Assembly (NCBI RefSeq): GCF_003044035.1
Contig: NZ_NVQC01000022.1
Span: 30,001 to 62,000, forward strand
DNA: 32,000 nucleotides
Source: Candidatus Methylomirabilis limnetica
GTDB taxonomy: Bacteria > Methylomirabilota > Methylomirabilia > Methylomirabilales > Methylomirabilaceae
Direction: 5' to 3'
Below the pieces are notes generated by a model, which ran no database searches, was not told the origin of the DNA, and was given only the letters and a program-made list of their open reading frames with translations. The translations under genes were made by a program, and so were the position numbers. Of the stretch, positions 27,806 to 32,000 are shown piece by piece. Position 1 is the first letter of the stretch; every line of letters begins with the position of its first letter.

Positions 27806-28723
27806 ATGTCCAAAAAGCATCCAGTTATTGCAGTTACCGGATCATCTGGGGCAGGTACTACCTTTGTTAAACGTGCGTTTGAAAACATTTTCCGCCGCGA
27901 GGAAATTATCTCCGCGATTATTGAAGGTGATAGCTTCCACAGCGTAACCCGCGCGCAATTCAAGGAACGCTCTGCGGTTGAGCACAATTTCAGCCACTTC
28001 GGCCCCGAAGCCAACGACTTCCACGCACTCGAAGCGCTATTCAAGAGCTACGGTGAAGCGGGGGTTGGCAAAAAGCGTCACTACCTGCACAACGCTGAAG
28101 AAGCGGCATTCCATTGCAAGCGCTTGGCGGATGCGGGTATCGCCTGCAACGCTGGTTCAGGCGAATTTACCCCGTGGGAAGACACTGGAAGCAACACCGA
28201 CGTCCTGTTCTATGAAGGCTTGCACGGTTTGGTGAAAGACACTTCCCCGGACCAGAAATACGGCGGCTATGACGTAGCCCAGCATGTTGACATCGGCATC
28301 GGGGTAGTGCCTAGCGTCAATTTGGAATGGATTCAAAAAATCCACCGTGACCACGCTGAGCGCGGCTATTCGCCTGAAGCAACCGTAGACAACATCATGC
28401 GCCGGATGCCGGACTACATTAACCATCTGGCCCCGCAATTCTCACGCACCCACGTCAACTTCCAGCGCGTGCCTACTGTGGATACCTCCAACCCGTTCAT
28501 CGCGCGTGACATCCCGTCCGCAGATGAAAGCTTTGTGGTGATCCGCTTTGTCGATCCGAAACGTTTCGGGGTTGATTTCCCGATCCTGTTGGCGATGATC
28601 AATGGCTCATTCATCTCACGCCGTAACACCATCGTTGTTCCGGGCGGTAAGATGGTCTTGGCAATGGAACTGATCTTAGCCCCGATCATTCACATCATGA
28701 TCGAGAACAAGCTCAAGGCGTAA
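27806..28723 (+). CDS. prk: Phosphoribulokinase (bacterial class I type)
   Basis: 305-aa ORF. MSKKHPVIAVTGSSGAGTTFVKRAFENIF carries the P-loop and the typical proteobacterial PRK N-terminus. EGLHG, NLEWIQKIHRD and PDYINHL..QFSRTHVNFQRVPTVDTSNPF are also present. Confidence 0.93.
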   Translation: MSKKHPVIAVTGSSGAGTTFVKRAFENIFRREEIISAIIEGDSFHSVTRAQFKERSAVEHNFSHFGPEANDFHALEALFKSYGEAGVGKKRHYLHNAEEAAFHCKRLADAGIACNAGSGEFTPWEDTGSNTDVLFYEGLHGLVKDTSPDQKYGGYDVAQHVDIGIGVVPSVNLEWIQKIHRDHAERGYSPEATVDNIMRRMPDYINHLAPQFSRTHVNFQRVPTVDTSNPFIARDIPSADESFVVIRFVDPKRFGVDFPILLAMINGSFISRRNTIVVPGGKMVLAMELILAPIIHIMIENKLKA

Positions 28724-28790
28724 CATAACGCCCAATGTGTTCCGCCAGCCTTTGCGCCAATGCAGGGCTGGCAGATCCTAACGTGTCCAT

Positions 28791-28813
28791 CTGAGTAGTT
28801 ACGGCCGAACATG
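28791..28813. repeat. Fragment of the MITE right terminus
   Basis: CTGAGTAGTTACGGCCGAACATG aligns with CTGAGTAGTTACGCCGAATGAACG at 23365-23388. Confidence 0.55.
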
Positions 28814-28825
28814 CAAGCCCTCTGA

Positions 28826-29332
28826 CTACCTGATGCGGTAGGTCTCTATGCGCTCATGAGCGGCGCCCAGACCCAGCCAACCGGATGTCAGGCTCGTTCG
28901 CCCTTCCAAGTTTTTGTACACGTTAAAGAAGTGTTCGATTTCTTTCAGCACATGAGGCTCTACGTTGGCAAGATCCTCGATCCGCTGATAGCGCGGATCG
29001 CCGTGTGCTACGGCGAGGATCTTCTCATCGATCCCCTTATCATCGACCATGTCCAGCATCCCAACGGGCCGGGCTTCGACCAGGCAACCGGGGAATGTCG
29101 GCTGGGAGATAAGGATCAAAATGTCAAGCGGGTCCCCATCCTGACCGAGCGTGCCAGGGATAAATCCGTAGTCGGCCGGATAGTGCACCGGTGAGTACAA
29201 TACGCGGTCCAGCCGGAACACGCCCAGATTCATGTCGTATTCGTACTTATTGCTCGATCCTGAGGGGATCTCCACCACTGTGTTGACAATAATCGGTGAG
29301 CCCTCCCCGATCGGTAAGCTTTTGTAGTTCAT
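28826..29332 (-). CDS. ppa: Inorganic pyrophosphatase (family I)
   Basis: 168 aa with VVEIPSGSSNKYEYD, YPADYGFIPGTLGQDGDPLDILIL and DDKGIDEKILAV motifs. Confidence 0.96.
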   Translation of the reverse strand: MNYKSLPIGEGSPIIVNTVVEIPSGSSNKYEYDMNLGVFRLDRVLYSPVHYPADYGFIPGTLGQDGDPLDILILISQPTFPGCLVEARPVGMLDMVDDKGIDEKILAVAHGDPRYQRIEDLANVEPHVLKEIEHFFNVYKNLEGRTSLTSGWLGLGAAHERIETYRIR

Positions 29333-29519
29333 CGTTAAGCCCTCCTCAACTCACGACAACAGTGAGAATCATTGGGGTCTGCCCCGCTCAAGAGTAGAGA
29401 CCATGAGTGCCAGTATTCTCATTGAATGGTCACCTCTGGGTTCACGCTATTATCTCACGGTGGGGTCTGTCTCGGAAGAACTTCGTGACGCGGCGTGAAT
29501 CGCCCGAATCGCCCGAAGA

Positions 29520-29548
29520 TTGCCTTTGAGGTGGCCATAGTGTATGAT
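29520..29548 (+). promoter_or_regulatory. Candidate sigma70 promoter of the radical-SAM gene
   Basis: TTGCCT (29520-29525), a 17-nt spacer, then TATGAT (29543-29548). It lies about 45 nt upstream of the GTG at 29593. Confidence 0.45.
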
Positions 29549-29592
29549 TTCCGGGATGTGGCGTTACCGTGGGTGAACAAGGAGACGCGTGA

Positions 29593-32000
29593 GTGCATAG
29601 CTTTCGGCAAGTGATAGTGGATGAGATTCTCCCTGCAGTGAGTAAGCCGTCCCGGTACATCGGGATGGAATGGAACGCCATCAAGAAGGACCCCGCCAAC
29701 GCTAAAGTCAAAGTCGCGTTAGCCTTTCCCGATACGTACGAAATCGGCATGTCCCATCTGGGCCTGAAGATCCTGTACCAGATCCTGAACCGGCGGCCGG
29801 AGTTTATGGCGGAGCGGGCCTATGCGCCGTGGGTGGATGCGGAGCGGCTGCTGCGGCAGCAGAGGGTTCCACTCTGCACCATTGAATCCGGCTACAGCCT
29901 GGCGGATTTCGACCTGATTGGCTTCACGCTGCAGTACGAACTCTCCTACACGACGCTCCTGAACATGCTGGACCTGGCCGGTATCCCGCTCCAGAGCGAG
30001 CAGCGCCGCGAAGGGGATCCATTCGTGATCGCGGGTGGTCCTGTCGCCTTCAACCCGGAGCCGATCGCCGACTTTATCGACCTATTCCTGCTCGGCGATG
30101 CGGAGGAAGCGATTATAGAGATCTGCGAAGCGGTCATGCAGTGGAAAGCAACGGGGGGGCCGCGTGAAGAGCTCCTCGAGGCATGGGCCAAGATCGAAGG
30201 CTGCTACGTGCCCGCGCTCCACCAGGGCGAGACGATTCGCAAGCGGACAGCGATCCACCTCGATGGGATCGACTATGGCGCGTTTCTGGTCCCATTCATG
30301 GAGATCGTTCACGACCGCGTCAGTATCGAGGTGATGCGTGGATGTACGCAGGGGTGCCGCTTCTGTCAAGCCGGCTACATCTACCGACCGCTTCGAGAGC
30401 GATCCGCCGAGGAGATCATGCAGATGACCCTGCAGGCAAGACGAGGGACGGGGTATGAAGAGGTCTCGCTAGGCTCGTTGAGCATCGCCGATCTGACCGA
30501 TCTCCCTCATCTTATCCACCCGCTCATGGAGGATCTCTTGCCGGAGAAGATCTCGCTGTCCCTCCCCTCCCTGCGGGTTGAAGCCCTGAACCGTTTTCCG
30601 CAGGTGGCCGAGGAGATCGGACGGGTTCGAAAGACCGGCTTCACCATCGCGCCGGAGGCCGGAAGCCAGCGGCTTAGAAAGGTGATCAATAAGGAGGGGT
30701 TCGACGAGGAACAGATCTTCATGGCCGTGAGGAATGCCGCCAAATCCGGCTGGGAGTCGGTGAAATTCTACTTTATGATTGGGCTCCCGACCGAGACGCA
30801 GACGGACCTGGACGAGATGATTCGCATCACGCGGGAATCGGCGCGGATCGCGCGGGCGGAGTCGGCTCGAGGCTTTGGGCTGACAGTCAGTACCTCCTCG
30901 TTCGTCCCGAAGCCCCACACCCCATTCCAGTGGTACGCACAGGAGCCGATGGATATCCTCAAGGAAAAGCAGGATTTCCTGAAGCGAAAGTTACGAGAGG
31001 CGAAAGTGTCGTACAAGTGGCATCATGTCCAGTCCTCCTTCCTGGAGGCGGTCTTCTCCCTGGGTGACCGCTCACTTGGTCGAGCCATCCTTCGTGGCTA
31101 TGAACTCGGGTGTCGGCTTGACGGCTGGACTGAACATCTGAGGTTCGACCTATGGATGCAGGCCTTCGACGAGACAGGGATCGATCCGAAGGCGATCGCT
31201 AATCGGCCGCGCAATCTGGATGAACCGCTACCGTGGGATCATATCGACATCGGCGTCAACAAGTCGTTCCTACAGCGAGAGTACAAGAAGGCGTTAGAGG
31301 TCCGCGGGACGGCCGATTGTCACACGGCTCCATGCACGGCCTGTGGCGAGATCTGCCAGCCCAACTGGCCAACCTGGGCGGAGAAGGTCGGAATGAAAGT
31401 TTCGGGTCCAGAGTTTCGAGTTTCGAGTTCGACGTGCGTTGTTCCTGGCGCTGAACCCGAAATTCAAAACTCAAAACTCAAAACTTTATATGAAGCGCCC
31501 GTTCAGCGCATCCGGTTTATTTTTCAGAAGATCGGGGTGCTGCGGTATCTTTCGCACCTGGAGTTAATGAAGGCGTTGGGCCGGGCGGTGCGTCGGGCTC
31601 GGATAGCCGTAGCCTACTCCCAGGGGTATAACCCCCAACCAAAACTCGCGTGTGCCATGGCGCTTCCAGTGGGGGTCGAGGGGTGGCAGGAATTGGCGGA
31701 CATCGAGTTGAGCGCGGCCATAGCCCCAGAGGAGTTGGTGGCACGAGTCAATCGGTCCCTGGCACCGGAGCTACACCTGCTCCGAGCCTGGGAGGTTCCA
31801 TTGGCGTCGCCCTCGCTTACACCGTTGGTGCGGGAGCTCAACTATCGAGTCTCATTGCCGTTGGATAGCTCCTCCCAGGAGATCCGAGTGAAGCTCAGCT
31901 CCCAGGCGCTCTGCAATGAGTGGCTCGATCGGCCAAGCATCCCGGTCCGCGTCAGGCGAAAGGATAGGCTCGTGGATGTCGATGTCCGGCCGCAGATCCT
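29593..32000 (+). CDS. B12-binding-domain radical SAM protein (TIGR03960-like) fused to a DUF2344/TIGR03936-like domain; 3' end beyond the window
   Basis: This ORF is not in the supplied ORF track. I translated frame 1 by hand and found it open from the TGA at 29590 to the window end. GTG 29593 has AAGGAG 8 nt upstream. The sequence reads ...LPAVSKPSRYIGMEWNAIKKD..., with radical-SAM cluster motif RGCTQGCRFCQAG, then ...PKPHTPFQW... The DUF2344-like part is RIRFIFQKIGVLRYLSHLELMKALGRAVRRARIAVAYSQGYNPQPK. Confidence 0.85.
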   Translation, partial: MHSFRQVIVDEILPAVSKPSRYIGMEWNAIKKDPANAKVKVALAFPDTYEIGMSHLGLKILYQILNRRPEFMAERAYAPWVDAERLLRQQRVPLCTIESGYSLADFDLIGFTLQYELSYTTLLNMLDLAGIPLQSEQRREGDPFVIAGGPVAFNPEPIADFIDLFLLGDAEEAIIEICEAVMQWKATGGPREELLEAWAKIEGCYVPALHQGETIRKRTAIHLDGIDYGAFLVPFMEIVHDRVSIEVMRGCTQGCRFCQAGYIYRPLRERSAEEIMQMTLQARRGTGYEEVSLGSLSIADLTDLPHLIHPLMEDLLPEKISLSLPSLRVEALNRFPQVAEEIGRVRKTGFTIAPEAGSQRLRKVINKEGFDEEQIFMAVRNAAKSGWESVKFYFMIGLPTETQTDLDEMIRITRESARIARAESARGFGLTVSTSSFVPKPHTPFQWYAQEPMDILKEKQDFLKRKLREAKVSYKWHHVQSSFLEAVFSLGDRSLGRAILRGYELGCRLDGWTEHLRFDLWMQAFDETGIDPKAIANRPRNLDEPLPWDHIDIGVNKSFLQREYKKALEVRGTADCHTAPCTACGEICQPNWPTWAEKVGMKVSGPEFRVSSSTCVVPGAEPEIQNSKLKTLYEAPVQRIRFIFQKIGVLRYLSHLELMKALGRAVRRARIAVAYSQGYNPQPKLACAMALPVGVEGWQELADIELSAAIAPEELVARVNRSLAPELHLLRAWEVPLASPSLTPLVRELNYRVSLPLDSSSQEIRVKLSSQALCNEWLDRPSIPVRVRRKDRLVDVDVRPQI
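31396..31487. repeat. Heptamer-tandem-repeat hairpin element inside the radical-SAM CDS (domain linker)
   Basis: (GAGTTTC)x2 GAGTTCG at 31411-31431, a 32-nt spacer, then (TCAAAAC)x3 at 31464-31484. The reverse complement of the second array is GTTTTGA-type, so the two arrays form imperfect inverted repeats. It is translated as SGPEFRVSSSTCVVPGAEPEIQNSKLKTL. Confidence 0.8.

Noticed and set aside
28744-28772. Hairpin GCCAGCC-N15-GGCTGGC between convergent prk and ppa as a bidirectional terminator
   Set aside because: It has only a 7-bp stem, a large 15-nt loop and no U-tract on either strand. That is too weak to call.
29497-29514. Tandem 9-mer GAATCGCCC x2 upstream of the radical-SAM promoter candidate
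   Set aside because: Only two units are present, with no further copies seen in the window. It is probably a chance duplication. I noted it only because it abuts the -35 candidate.

Overview
This is a 32-kb window from a bacterial chromosome of roughly 60% GC. I cannot assign a lineage without a database search. Gene content (PyrR plus PyrK-type pyr operon, MqnA/MqnD-family protein, phosphoribulokinase, very dense small repeats) suggests an uncultured autotroph-like organism.

Layout:
- 1-9.2 kb, minus strand: pyrimidine operon pyrR-pyrB-pyrC-carA-[DUF4258/DUF2283 TA-like pair]-carB-pyrK. Upstream I can read a sigma70-like promoter, a PyrR-binding-loop-like hairpin and an attenuator terminator.
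- 9.2-10.2 kb: two small minus-strand genes, a 142-bp MITE and a clean terminator.
- 10.3-12.3 kb: ligA.
- 12.3-17.2 kb: an accessory island. It holds an orphan higA-like HTH gene, a Type III-like Res helicase-nuclease whose nuclease domain is displaced by a 1-nt frameshift, a Bro-N/DinD-like gene, and a Mod methyltransferase reduced to an N-terminus/C-terminus fusion stub.
- 17.2-20.4 kb: HlyD/ABC/ABC-2 efflux operon.
- 20.5-24.5 kb: TPR protein, M48 peptidase, isoaspartyl peptidase and an AI-2E transporter.
- 24.7-25.5 kb: rpsU followed by a glycine-rich RRM RNA-binding protein.
- 25.8-27.6 kb: a mini chlorite-dismutase-fold gene, an MqnA/MqnD-family gene and a secreted Lys/Ala/Glu-rich repeat protein.
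- 27.8-29.3 kb: a compositionally foreign phosphoribulokinase gene, then ppa.
- 29593 to the window end: a large radical-SAM (TIGR03960-like plus DUF2344-like) gene that the ORF track does not list because it runs off the window.

The most unusual signal is not a gene cluster. Several families of short structured repeats are inserted in-frame inside essential genes without breaking the reading frame:
- a C6/G6 palindromic element, two copies in pyrK;
- heptamer-tandem-repeat hairpin elements, one in carA and one in the radical-SAM gene;
- MITEs with TIRs and possible target-site duplications in intergenic DNA.

The second candidate is the decayed or possibly repurposed Res / Bro-N / mini-Mod island next to ligA. 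All homology statements come from my reading of motifs in the translated ORFs. No searches were run.
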